NCBI GenBank assembly: GCA_030704615.1
Contig: CM060733.1
Span: 56,048,001 to 56,112,000, forward strand
DNA length: 64,000 nucleotides
From: Takakia lepidozioides
Taxonomy: Eukaryota; Plantae; Bryophyta
Direction of reading: 5' to 3'
Part shown: in pieces, positions 46,281 through 58,250 of the stretch
Numbering within the stretch: position 1 is the stretch's first letter
Layout: the number at the start of each line of letters is the position of its first letter
Notes under the pieces: model-generated
What the model was told of the DNA's origin: nothing
What the model saw: the letters and a program-made list of their open reading frames with translations, nothing else
The model's database searches: none
Translations under genes and position numbers: made by a program

Positions 46281-49200
46281 ATGGAGCTAGGCTGGTTACC
46301 AGGACTCAGTGTGGCTCGGCCTTGCAGGCAGCCGAGATGGAAAAGAAGGCTATCTGGCCAAGAAGAATGCAGTGCAGTTAGCAAGGCAGGGTTGAGATTG
46401 AGGTCAGACAACTGGATTTGGGGATCACCGAGTATAAGTTTTAGGTTGGTGACTCGAAGTTCCGCTTCAGGAGGGAGCAAACAACTAGTGTATGTGCAAA
46501 GATTGACAAGATTGGGGGTCACGGCACAAAACGTTTTGCCACCAGTGCAGACATGGTTGTTCGAAGGGAACTGGGAATGTATTCAAGGAATTCTTAGAGT
46601 AGGATCCACAAGCAGGCAGGAGAAATCGAGACGAAGGCTGATGCAGAGATGCAGGAAGCAAGTTGGGATGGCAGCAACCACTCATAGTGGAGGGAGGAGT
46701 GATGGGGTGGAAGACGAGGGCAGTGTGGTAACGAGTGTGGCACAGCAGATGGGACTTCTACTGGAGAGTGAACCATACATGGCAGCGCAGGCAGCAGCTG
46801 GCCTGGTCACTTCTATTGACCAGCAGGGACGTGCCGCTCTCCTGACAGCACTTTTCTCAAGTGGTACCTGCATCCTCCTGTTCTCTCTCACTTTTTCCTT
46901 CTGTCACCATGTGGGCTTGTGTATTTGGTATTCCGTGTTGACTAGATATTCTCTTTCCAAGGCTACTATTTTTTGTGACCCAGCACTTAGTTGTAGTGTC
47001 AATGTGAAAGGGTAGTAGATGGGAAAATCCGTTTGACAGCCCTGTAAGTCCATGTGGTGAAGACTATTCACAAGTAGAACAATAGTTGAAGCTCGGAGGG
47101 CATCTGATAATAGACTCGGACTTAGCTAAGTAATGACAATGCCGGGGCACTCCAGCCTTGCTTGCTGGGATTTGCCTTACAGCAGAAGAGATGGGTGTGG
47201 TGTGGTTCCTCGGAGTTTGCATGAAAGCTATGGGGGATGGTATATCAAGGTATGTGACGCCTGATCTGCGGGAGTAAATGATGGTTTTGCAGCATCAAAT
47301 GAGGCGGATGGGCAATTCATGCAGGCAGATGCGAATGCAGATGGAGTACTCGATAGGATGGAGTTTGCCAGCTATGTGGAAGCTCAATCCGTTCGCTATG
47401 GCCAGTCTACTAAGCCTCTCACTCCTGCCCAACTCTATCATCTCAGCACCCGAGCTGCAATTGGTAAGATTTTAGTTGATGATGGTAAGGTTTGAAGTAC
47501 ATTGAGAGGTAGGATAGAAGTAAATACTGGGAGTACTATAGAGGTCATTCTAAAGAGGCCTGCAGAAGACATCCGAACAGACTGCATGTCTTATATAGAG
47601 GCTTGGGGGTAAGTTAGAGGGAGGGCACATGCAGGCTAGGTGATTTGGTAAGCTTCTCTTCCGCAGGCGTGGCTACCGAGACTGTGTACTAATTGTCCCC
47701 CTATATTCACCCCCCAACCTAGAAAGGGATACATCAAGTTAGTATGGAGAGTTTGAGACCACAACTGACTGGGTCCTGTGGTGTGATTGTGCTTGTGCGC
47801 AGGCATGATTGGCTTTGGATTCACAGGTCATTATTCTGCACATGGTTATTAGCGTCTAAACCAGGGCAGGAAGATAGTGGCCCTCATTCTCTGTAAAACG
47901 CTGCAAAGTTGTCTAGTGGATTGTAAAATGTCATTTTGTTGATTTCCAAAGAAGAACCAATTGTTGTCAAGAGAGAGAGAGAATGTAATCATAAGATGTT
48001 TGCCGTAGCCTTGTGGCCATTGACTCTAAGCCCAGTTTGAGCAGAAGAGAGAGAGCGAGAGAGAGAGAGAAGGTACTCATAAGACGTTGTTTGCCGTAGC
48101 CTTGTGCCCATTGACCCTGCGCCCAGTTTGAGCGGAACAGATTGTACTCATAAGACGTTGTTTGCCGTAGCCTTGTGGCCATTGAGCGGAACAGAGTGAG
48201 AGAGAGAGAAATGATGCTGGCCAAAGCCAGCGTAACTAAGAGCCGTTTGTCAATACTACATCTGGTTATGGAGACTTGAGATGAGGACTGCCATCTTAGC
48301 TCAACATTCTCTTCAGTTTAGAAAGAAGTTTTGGCTGATGAATCACATGGTTGGTGTTTTGCAGACAATGCAATCATGATTATTGCAGGGGATGCAATTC
48401 AGAGCAGCATTGGTGGCACGCTCGGCCTTCATACCCTCCTGGTATATTTCTATCTGTCCTGACTAGGTTACATGTTGATGAAGTTAGGACTATGCCATTA
48501 AGAGAATGTTATAGCCATTAACATTCAGCACAGAACTGTCAGTGAGTTCTATCGTTTCTCTTTATGTCCATAAGTGGTTTCCTGTTTCTCCCATGGATGT
48601 TATGACTCTCTCTCTCCCTCTCTCTCTCCCTCTCATGTCTTGGAAGCAAGACCATCCTGTTAATCAGGCTGAGTCTTGGCGGAAAGGGTAGAAGAGATTC
48701 TCAAAATCTTGAGGCTGAGCCTAAAGCCCTGGCCCTGTTGGGATCTAACATTTGGGCTGCTCACACATGGTAGATTGATGCTTGTGTGGAGGGCTTTCTA
48801 GAGGATATCTGGAAATCCCAAACTAAGTCACTTTACTGGAGGGAGGCCCTCACAAAGGTAGTGTCTTATGTTTCAGTCCAAACTGTGCGCGGGGTCTATG
48901 GCCACAAGGCATGGCAAACTAAGTCTTATGAGTACATTCTCTATTAATGGCAGTTGCGGGAAAATAAAATTATAGCCGCAGATGAGCTGTGGGGATAAGC
49001 TAAACCCTGGTGGGTGTGAACCCCCAGTAGTGGCTGGAAGGCTATGGCAAGCTAAGGTTCGCAGGGAACAGCATGAGTACATTCTCTCTCTCTCTCTCTC
49101 TGGAGGTCTGTCCCTTTGTGTTCCGCTCAAACTGGGCGCGGGGTCAATGGCCACAAGGCTACAGCAAACGTCTTATGAGTACATTCTCTCTCTGGAGGAG

Positions 49201-50191
49201 GAGGGAGGGGAGATGTTTGTTCCTCAGAAGATTTTTATGTTTAAAACCAGAAATATTTGGTAGCCAGCCTTCCGAGATGGTTCATCTTCATGCGAAGATT
49301 TCGGTGTGTTTTCCAAGTGCTTTGTTTGTTTGTTCTGTGCCCTTGTCTCATACGCAATTTGAGCTCTGGGTGGATGTTAAGAAATATTTTTTTGTCTTCA
49401 CTTCTTTCTGCCTCTCTCTGTGCCTCAGTATTCTAAAGTGGAACTTGGTTCTTCGATTAGAACAGCACGTAAAGAGCATGATTTATGAGATCTGGGCCTG
49501 TTAGACAAGTAAGTAGGGTCAGTTTCTCGTCAGTATTGGAATGAAGAGATTTTGCTAGGAAGCCTTTGTGTACTCATTGGCCAACAGGGCTGGTAAACTC
49601 AATAATCTGGTCGCTGAAGAAGTCTGAATGGATCTCATGTGGATGTTTTGGCAGTCAGCAGGATTGGGGAATGCAGTTGCAGATTTGGTGGGGACAGCTT
49701 TTCGGGGCTACATTGAGCGCATCAGCAGTAAGTTCATGCCAGAGGTGCACTTTTCATCCCTGCAAATGCAATCGAAGGAGGCTTGGTGGGCTGAAACCGC
49801 AGGAGCATCAGTCGGTGTGACGATTGGATGTCTGCTAGGCCTGGTACCCCTGCTGTTCCTGCTAAGATCTGATGTTAGCACCAACACTGTGCTTGCTGCA
49901 GCAGGGGGGGGCAGTATTGGAGGAGGCACTAATATTTCTCTGCCGACGCGGGATCTTGTGTGGTGCTCCAACCAATCAGCAACTGTAGGCACGAGGATGG
50001 GTCACACAGTATTTGCTACAGTGGGTTCATGTGCATCTGAACCATCTCTGACACAAGGACAAGGGGTGATACAAAGATTGGGTGGCCCCCTCGTCATCCT
50101 GACTGTGACATTTGCCTTTGCAGTGAAACGATTACACCAGTTTACAAGGAGAAAGCACAACAGCATGGGGGTTGATACAACTGGTCTGTGA
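46281..50191 (+). CDS. TMEM65: EF-hand + TMEM65-domain organellar membrane protein (~463 aa); exons 46281-46863, 47293-47463, 47803-47826, 48365-48441, 49655-50191
   Basis: In-frame GT-AG splicing gives the EF-hand DANADGVLDRME, then GMIGFGFT|DNAIMIIAGD.I..SIG..LG...|SAGLGNAVADLVG....GYIE...GASVGVTIGCLLGLVPLLF, matching the TMEM65 consensus. Confidence 0.88.
47970..49195. repeat. Short intronic repeat family: ~3 copies in one orientation (47970-48200) and 2-3 in the opposite orientation (48875-49195)
   Basis: TTTGCCGTAGCCTTGTGGCCATTGA versus TCAATGGCCACAAGGCTACAGCAAA. Confidence 0.85.
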
Positions 50192-50619
50192 TCAGATGGC
50201 TTCAGCTGGCACTATTTTCCACCCTTCAACATCCCCTGAATGCAGAGAGAAAAGGAAACCCATCAAGTTAGGCTGAGATTGTGTGGATCCAATGTTAGTG
50301 AGTGATTCTGCCATCTCCAGCTTCAGCAAGAAGCTAGCTGTAGGTTTGCCTGCCCACTTGTCACTCACATCACACCATGGTGCAGCAGCATTACCTTGCA
50401 TAAATCTGGATATCTTGTACACTACATTGAGATGTTAGATTTCCACCCTCGTGTAAGCAGGTGTGGTGAAACTGTACATTCATTCGTTACCCTCAAATGG
50501 GTAAATGCAGTAGTTGACAAATGGAAACTTAAGTTCTAAACATTCAGTGGCACTGAATGCAAATGTAAATAAGTACAGCGGAGATCTACAAAGATATTCC
50601 TTGAAGGAGATGTGCGTAA

Positions 50620-51050
50620 GAGCCGGGTTCCATGGGCACTCCCAAGCGCCCCTGTAGGGATCCGTCCCTTGAGAGGGGGTGGTTCCATGGACACCTTTCC
50701 ATTCAGCCGAGTTGAAATCTTTGGCACCAATTGCTGTGGCCCATGACATAGTAATTAGACAATTAATGTAAGTTTTGGATGAAAATGTCAAAAATCATTC
50801 CCTCTCCTAAAATCAATCTAACTTTGGATGCAAATCAATAATATTTTGTAACGCTGTGGGCCGCTCTAGGAAAAGACAGGTGTGATTTAGGGGCGCCCTG
50901 AAACTCGATCGCCCCTTGTGAAGGCGCCCCTTAGCAAGGGTGATTCTGTGGGGCAACCCCGTAGGGAATATCCTATTTGGACCAATAGCACCTCCTTAAT
51001 CCTGGGGCGATTCATGGAGTGGCACTTGGAGTGCCCATGGTACCTGGCTC
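50620..51050. mobile_element. PIF/Harbinger (Tourist-like) MITE
   Basis: TIRs GAGCCGGGTTCCATGGGCACTCC and GGAGTGCCCATGGTACCTGGCTC, flanked by TAA on both sides. Confidence 0.85.
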
Positions 51051-51099
51051 TAAATGTTAACTAGTGTGCATAAATTAAACCCCTTTCAAATAAGCCATT

Positions 51100-51229
51100 A
51101 GGCACACATGTGGGAACGTCACCACCAGACCAACCGGTCACGAACGATCCACACACCAGACAGGGCAGCAAGTTTGAACCCCAGACCACCAGGGCGATAC
51201 ACTGTGCACTTACCAGCTGAGCTACCAGC
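51100..51229 (-). mobile_element. tRNA-derived SINE
   Basis: Minus strand GCTGGTAGCTCAGCTGGTA (A-box) and GGGGTTCAAAC (B-box), followed by a non-tRNA body. Confidence 0.65.
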
Positions 51230-51439
51230 TGATGTGCTAGGTATTTGTCTTAAAATATTTATTGGTAAAGACTACATACCATCAGCCCTTTTAGTTTATT
51301 CAGATTTTCTTAGTGTCGCGGACATAGTGTGATGTCACGAACATTGTGTCCATTACGCATTGTGTAATGCACACTTGTTAGGTTTTTAATCTCCATTACC
51401 AAAAAATCTCGATATTTTTAGCTTGGGATCTACTGATCT

Positions 51440-51602
51440 GGGACGTACTCCCATCCTTCAACATGACATTGTCACTGAGGGACCTCCTATTAAACAATTT
51501 GCGTACAGAGAAAGTATTAAAGAACGTGCCATTGTCCAGGAAGAAGTCCAGAAAATGTTAGATGTTGGTATAATTAAGCCATCAATCTCACATTGGGCCT
51601 GA
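51440..51602 (+). mobile_element. Ty3/gypsy pol fragment (start of RT)
   Basis: HDIVTEGPPIKQFAYRESIKERAIVQEEVQKMLDVGIIKPSISHWA*. Confidence 0.8.
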
Positions 51603-51651
51603 CACCAAGGGCGGTAGCATATACAAAAGACGAAATGAATCCAATAAATGG

Positions 51652-52269
51652 TGTCAAGGATGAGAACATGACTAAACACAAATAAGAGATCAGACTAGAG
51701 GTACAAGACTAGACAAGAAGTCAAGGTCGGCGTGGCCGAATTGCATGATGGGTAGACATGAATCAAGATGATCTTTATAACAATGGACAAGAGTACAAGA
51801 TACTGGAACTCAACTTAAATACTGGACTGCTGGAAACTGGAGTACCAGATACTAGAAACTGGACTAGAGTACTGGAAGCTGGACTGGAGTACTGGGGCTG
51901 GAAACAAGAGTAGTTTAAACTTGTATTGGCGAGACTGAAGAGTGTCCAGTCTCGCCTCCTATATATACTGGCTATTATGAAGTTCCCTAAGAAGTTTCGC
52001 CAATGGAGGTTTCTTGATAGAGAAGTTTCATTAAACAAAGATTTCTTGATGGAGAAGTTTCCTTAAACAAAAGAGGTATTTTGATGGAGAAGTTTCCTCC
52101 AAATGAAGCTTCCTGAGCAGTTTCCAAGTTACTCTCGGTAATTTGGTAAACTCCCGGTAACTTGGTAACTTATGGTAACTTATAGTAACTTATGGTAACT
52201 TATAGTAACTTATGGTAACATAATAATTTGGTAACTTCTGGTAAGTTCCTCCGGGCTATGTCTGTGACA
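51652..52269 (-). mobile_element. LTR (3' LTR with adjacent polypurine tract)
   Basis: Inverted termini TGTCA...TGACA, a minus-strand PPT AGAAGAGGCGGTGA immediately before it, an internal TATA and GGTAACTT tandem repeats. Confidence 0.65.
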
Positions 52270-53318
52270 TCACCGCCTCTTCTAGCGCCGAGTTCCTCGA
52301 TGAGTGGTAAAATCTTGGACTTGCTTAGAGTTGGAAAATCCGGCGAATAGTACTTGTCAAGTATTCGGCTCTTCGTTCTTAACTCAAATAATTTACAGGT
52401 CCCTGCAACCATCAACAGCGTCCACCACCTTGAACTTGGGACCACGCAGTGATTTGAACATTCTGATTTTCGAAGCTGCCTTCAAACATGATTTCGCTGC
52501 CCTCTAGGTTCAAAGCCTCAACCTCCAACAAGATTATCAGACTTCGACTAATGAATGGACCAAAAAATATGGAAAAGTGTACAAGCGACTTGTCACCTAA
52601 GAAATTAGACTTGAATGAAATATCCCAAGGGCCATTATGCCCAACCTTGTAACCCTTGAAGAATGCGCATCAAACATTTGAATTAGGTTTAGGGTATATG
52701 GTTTAAGGTGAGGACAATGTAAGGACTGAAGGCCCTAGAAGTATTGTCTTTAGAAAGTCCTAATAAGATAAACAGACCCAAGATAAATTGACCTGAGATG
52801 ACATGGAATAACGGGTGGCAAAGCGAGGTTCAGGACTGATTAGTGACGAAGAAAATTGAGAAGAATCTTAAGATGATCCGAAAAGGCAATAAAGGAAATG
52901 TAACTCTGTACTTGAAGCCAGACTTACAGAAAGCTACTGACGAGTAATGGGAGAAGATTCACAAGATTCACGCGATTCAGAAGTAGTAAACCGCGAGAAA
53001 GTCTGTCCATTGAAGCAACAACTTTCACAAATTGCCACGCGGTTTATACTCAGGACATTTCTTAGACCAATCATATTGAGCCCAACAATATGACCATGTG
53101 GACCGAGAATGAAGGAGATGGGCGAATATATTGAGGAGAAGACATTTTGGTGAGAACCAGAGAACCAAAAGAAATGGGTGTAATGTGAGAGAGGAACTGC
53201 AAAGAGAAGGAATCAGTGACATCAGAAAAACTAGGAACTCCGGATGATCACTCGAGGTTCCTGAAACATTACAGAGATGAGGTCCAGAAAAAAACTGGTG
53301 GCTGGCAAAGAAGGTAGA

Positions 53319-54990
53319 TTAATATTTGAACACGTGAAGAGAAACAAATGTAGAGTGGAGGTAAAACATTAGTTTTATTCTTGAAAACATGCCGAGGAGT
53401 GAATTCTCCGCCAGAGGTTGCATTGTCTTCATTGTCTGACTGTTAATTGGCCTCATCCAAATTTGCTCGTGCTTTCTCCGCCTCCACCGCGGTACTTTTC
53501 TTATAGCTATTACGTGTCGGGTTTTTCTGGCGGGCATTGTCCAAACGACAGAGTTAATGTGAATCCACTGAGGGGGATCATCTGGATTGAACTCCCAAAC
53601 TTTGGACCAACAATCTCTATACTTATCCAAATCGGAAAGGCTACCTCTTTTCTTGGGTCTCCACCATTCGACATGAATCTTCTTAAAATTCTTGGATCCT
53701 CTGTCGCGGACCACATCCGATATTGTCATCCCCATCCAGACTGGAAACGTCATAGTATCTACTGGTCAAACCAAGACGAAGAATCTGTTCTCAATATCCT
53801 TGAACGGATTTAGAGGCTGCTTCGGTCTATCACACCGGGGGCCACAATACGGCTCCACGACTTCATCTTCTTCCAACATATCATCCTCTGTAGGTGTATG
53901 GATTCCGGCTCTGTGGTGGTTGACAGCCCACTTGGTTGAGGGCCAAAAACCCTCTTTAAGCGCGATTGAATGTCGTGATTCTCCAGGAATGACAAGATCA
54001 AGTTTTGCAAGGATTGCTTCCCAGTATTGATCATACTATATCATGATGTCACGATAATGATCGTCAAGCAACATCCCCTTCTTCCAGAACCCCCTATATT
54101 TTTTAATTCCAGTTTTGATAAAAGACTGTTTATTGGATGAGTCATCTCCCACAACCCAAATTGGTGTTTTTTTTATAGCCATGGGTTGTACTGCTACAGG
54201 CAACTTTGGAGATCCATCGAGATTCGACTTCCACATCTTCATCGCATCTTTTTTGGGGAGCCACTCAAAATCAGTAGCAAACTTCTTAAACTTCATGACA
54301 TGCCAACCATATTAATCTATATAGAATCGAAATACATGCATTTATGTTTGCCCAACTAAAGCCTATTTTCCATCGAGAATGCAACCGTCCACATACGCCT
54401 TGAAATCTGGCACCTCTTGAATGATTTGAGGAATAAATTGCAGATCTTGAGATATCATAAAAAACCTCATAAGATCGGAGAGAACGTAGGTGTTGTTTTG
54501 CTTCAGCTTCTTCGATAAATAACTGAAGAATCCGTTGATGTCCTCATGGGTATGGCCAACCATTAGAAATCCCATCTGAGTCTCCTCAAATGCTCCTCTC
54601 GCAGTTAGGAGCGACAGAAAAGCCAGCATCCACATGTTTTTGTTTTCTTTCACGTAGTTGTCCAACTGTAGGTAGAGTTTCGCGAAAGAGGGACTTTTCA
54701 TTTTTTCTTCTCCTTATCGCCGAAAGGTTTCAGAACGTCGAGACACCTCGATTTACCCTTCATGAGAGATTCGAAAAAGGAATTATGAGGTGGGTGGTCA
54801 AAGATGTTATGACTTTCGCGGCAAGAGGGCTTTTCTAGTTGGCGGAGGCATCTTGCTAGAGAGCCAATCGTGAAGTTCGGGTCTCCCGGCCAGAAGTACA
54901 GAGAGTACTATCCGTTCCCGTGGCCGTAGGTAACATGCCGGTTAGCGAGATTGGAAGCTGACCTAAGGCGCCGGAGACCATCTTGTTCGT
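53319..54990 (-). mobile_element. Decayed DDE transposase (Sola1-like), C-terminal half
   Basis: Consecutive broken ORFs: GQLPISLTGM..HG..WPGDPNFTIGSL, LYLQLDNYVKENKN, FLMVGHTHEDINGFFS, and a VEWWRP tail. The superfamily assignment is tentative. Confidence 0.75.
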
Positions 54991-55294
54991 CATCTGCAAC
55001 CACTACAACATATCGCGGTATATATGACTGTATATATGACTATCCCATAGTCATAAACGGTACATATGACTGCAATGACTTTAAGTCGTGCAAACCAAGT
55101 GAATACAATGAGTACAGTATGGTCGGTCATAGATGACTGTAGTCAGATGAACCAAGTGATACATCTCACTGTCATATAGCAGTCATATGTACTCCTACCA
55201 TACATGACTTAGTGTGCTGCTGCAAACTGTACACGTGTCTCTTTTTAATAAGTCCAGGAGGTTTTGTGGATGTGCGCCATATGGCGTCTCCCGA

Positions 55295-55515
55295 AACTGC
55301 CACGTGGCATATCCATGAGGAGGATCTGCAATCATCATCCTGACTACAACCATGCTAATATCTGAACACGTGGCATATAATGAGAGGTCTTAAAGTCATT
55401 GTTCTGACTACAAACATCATGATATGTGGACACGTGGCAGGTATTGATGAGGTCATGCAGTCATGATCCTAACTATGACATGCTGATATATGGACACGTG
55501 GTATCATATGAGGGG
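55295..55515. repeat. ~64-bp tandem repeat, each unit carrying CACGTGG
   Basis: CACGTGG near 55300, 55367, 55431 and 55495. Confidence 0.75.
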
Positions 55516-55859
55516 TTGTTTTGAACTTTTAAATGTATTAGACAGTCAGAGCCGCGACTATGCTTATCTCGTTAGGGTTAGTATTATTCAATACTAAACA
55601 AAGAGAAGAACAAATGGAAAAACTAAGAGACAAAAAATGACTCTGCAAATGAATGCTTTATTCACACGCAAGAATCACAGGAAAGAACACAGTCAGCAAG
55701 TGCAAAGGACAAAACATAGACATTTAAAGACAGCAGTAGATGTAAGAGCTTCTCTTAAACTGCTACCAATCAAATTTACAATATAGCGCCGGAGTCCCAA
55801 AATCTGCTCCTCAAACAATAGTATGACAAAATGCAAAGGACACTACGTATGCACTGAAG

Positions 55860-56415
55860 ATAGCAACTTGCACACGCACTGCAAACGCACACAAACCTGA
55901 TGTGGTCGGGCTTCACCCTTCCCCAATCATTTGCTCATAGGTCTCCAAAGCCTCCATCATGTGCCCCTGCTGTGCATATCCTGCAAGCATGGCGTTCCAT
56001 GACAACACATCTCGTTCAGCCAGAGTGTAGAAAACTCCCTTCGCATCTTGAATGCACCCACATTTGACAAACATGTCTACCAGGGCAATGTTCATGATGA
56101 CATCTGGTACAATTCCAGCTTTGACGATGTCACCATGGACCTCTTTCCCCTTTCCCAGAGCTCCCAGACTTGCACACACATTGCAAACACAAACAAATGT
56201 GATGTGGTTGGGCTTCTTCCCTTCGCACATCATTTGGTCATAGTTCTCAACAGCCTCCATCCCACGCCGTAGCTGTGCATATCCTGCAATCATCGGACTC
56301 CACAACACCCACATCTTGTTCAGCCATACTGTCAAACACTCCCTTCATACATGTCCACGAGGGTATTGTTCAGAATGATATGTGGTACAATTGCAACTTT
56401 GACAACTACCTGCAT
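55860..56415 (-). pseudogene. PLS-class pentatricopeptide repeat gene fragment
   Basis: MIAGYAQ..G.EA..Y.QM..EG.KPNHITFV....CASLGAL..GKEVH..I..G...DV....ALVDMFVKCG....A..VF......DV.SWNAMLAGYAQ.G, bounded by stops and frameshifts. Confidence 0.85.
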
Positions 56416-56423
56416 GAGAGTAG

Positions 56424-56861
56424 TTATAAACTACCTCCATGGAGGTAGTCATGTCCGGAGACCAGACACAGTAGAGCTGCGGCCATGGCCAGGCATGCGT
56501 GCTGCCCTGGAGCTTGAACCAGGATTGCCAACCCTCTCGGCTTGGGCCCGGACCAGCCCACTTTGCAAAGCCTGCGAGCTACCCTTTGATTCTCCATCTC
56601 TCCCAAAACAGCATGAATACGTGATGTACCAGTCCCGTGAAATGTGGCGGATGGTCCAAGAGGGAGCCCCCGGACGTGAGCATTCTCTTCTTGTTGCAAC
56701 ATCCTCGCCAATATTTCATCATCCCAAGGTTGATCGCCTCTTACTGCTTCAGACTCAGCCTCTTGCAGCTCTCGCGCCAGCCTCTCATTCCCCGCCACCT
56801 GAAGTGCAACACAATCAATATTGATCCCGGGTTTATTTGTAATAGGCGTGACCATCATCAC
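56424..56861 (-). CDS. Hypothetical ORF with UIM/CCDC50-like helices (possibly a pseudogene or TE cargo)
   Basis: NERLARELQEAE and DDEILARMLQQEE motifs. Confidence 0.35.
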   Translation of the reverse strand: MMMVTPITNKPGINIDCVALQVAGNERLARELQEAESEAVRGDQPWDDEILARMLQQEENAHVRGLPLGPSATFHGTGTSRIHAVLGEMENQRVARRLCKVGWSGPKPRGLAILVQAPGQHACLAMAAALLCLVSGHDYLHGGSL

Positions 56862-56975
56862 GGGGTGGTCGCAACATTTTTTTATTTTTTAATATCTGCG
56901 ACCACCAGCATGGGGGTGGTCGCAGCATTTTTCAATTTTTTTAATAGGTGCGACCACCAGCAGGGGGGCGGTCGC

Positions 56976-57011
<36 letters not shown>

Positions 57012-57208
57012 ATAATCTCTGTGACCACGAGCATGGGGGTGGTCGCAACATTTTTTTTTTTTTAATAGGTGCGACCACCAGCAGGGGGGTGGTCGCAGCA
57101 AATTTTTGTTTTTTAATATCTGCGACCACCAACATGAGGATGGTCGCAACAGTTTTTTTTTTTTTTAAATAACATGCAACTTCCTCATGCGACCTGGAGC
57201 GGTCGCAG
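56847..57208. repeat. Array of ~7 palindromic units GCGACCACC-N-GGTGGTCGC with T-rich spacers (~50-bp period)
   Basis: Directly visible. Confidence 0.9.
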
Positions 57209-58250
57209 CATTAGATTATGATTCGTCGAGCGTGTGAGGCTTGGAGGCTGGAGGGTATATAAGGTAGTCCCAATGCCCATCACTTCTTTTGTGACAAACA
57301 CTTTTGTGTCGAGTGAATGTTCTCTATTCCTTGAGCAAGAGTGTAAGCCCAAGATGAGGGTGCGGACCGTTTACTGTTGTGGCTTCAACCAGAGCCACTG
57401 CAGCAAATTGTCGAAAAGCACAATATTACATGGTGCATTGATCCACTTGGATTGTTGCCGCATTCTTATTTTACCACTAGTATGAAACTAGCTAGGAAAT
57501 AGCTAGCTTTTACATATTGACATTTGGGATTGGCCCAAGTGTCAATCCAGGGGTCAAGGCAGATTTAGGCCCTGGAGTGGTTATCTTCACGGCAAGCGCG
57601 GGAGGCTCATCTTTCTCGAGTTGAGCCTCACCGCGCCTAGCTATGGCGCCGTAGTGTGGATTCCCCATGGCGTGGGGTGCACTTGGCTTGACTTGTATTT
57701 GAGTGATGAGGTTATATATGCATGAGTTTATGCTTCAGCTTTGTGAGCTCGCATGAGCTTGTGCTTGTATTCTTCTTCTTTATCATTATGTGGACTAGTG
57801 ACTGCCATAGTGGGCAGCATAGTGGCAGCCTAGTGACTGACTAGTTGTAGCCTATTGGTTGGACTAGTGGCTGGACTAGTGGTGGACTAGTGATATACTA
57901 GTGTGTGGCATGCACATGTGTTGTGTGGTTTTGGACAGCGATGTAGTTGTGTAGCGATATGTATGCGCACAACAACATTTACACTTGTGTGATGGGGAAG
58001 AAGTACTTCACCCTGTAAATAAATTTACAATGGTGTCATATTTGGTCATGACGTGTATGTAGGTATTTGCAATGAACTCCGAAAGTTGGAGAACAAGGAA
58101 AATTGATGTTAACCAATAAGTTATAACGAGTTACGAACGGTCGTTCATCCAAACAAATTTCGCCTGGTTCATGCGTATTTCATAATCATTTCGCAAAATT
58201 TATGATCTTTCTATGAACATACCCACAATGTTCTCAAAGCACAAAATAAT

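Noticed and set aside
51100-51229. Functional tRNA gene (also 29054, 21515, 7300 and 44240 regions)
   Set aside because: Only A- or B-box-like motifs are present, with no complete cloverleaf or acceptor stem. SINE remnants or chance matches explain them better.
57476-57490. CACTAGTA as a CACTA terminus
   Set aside because: No matching TIR with a 3-bp TSD was identified, and ACTAGTG is locally repeated many times.
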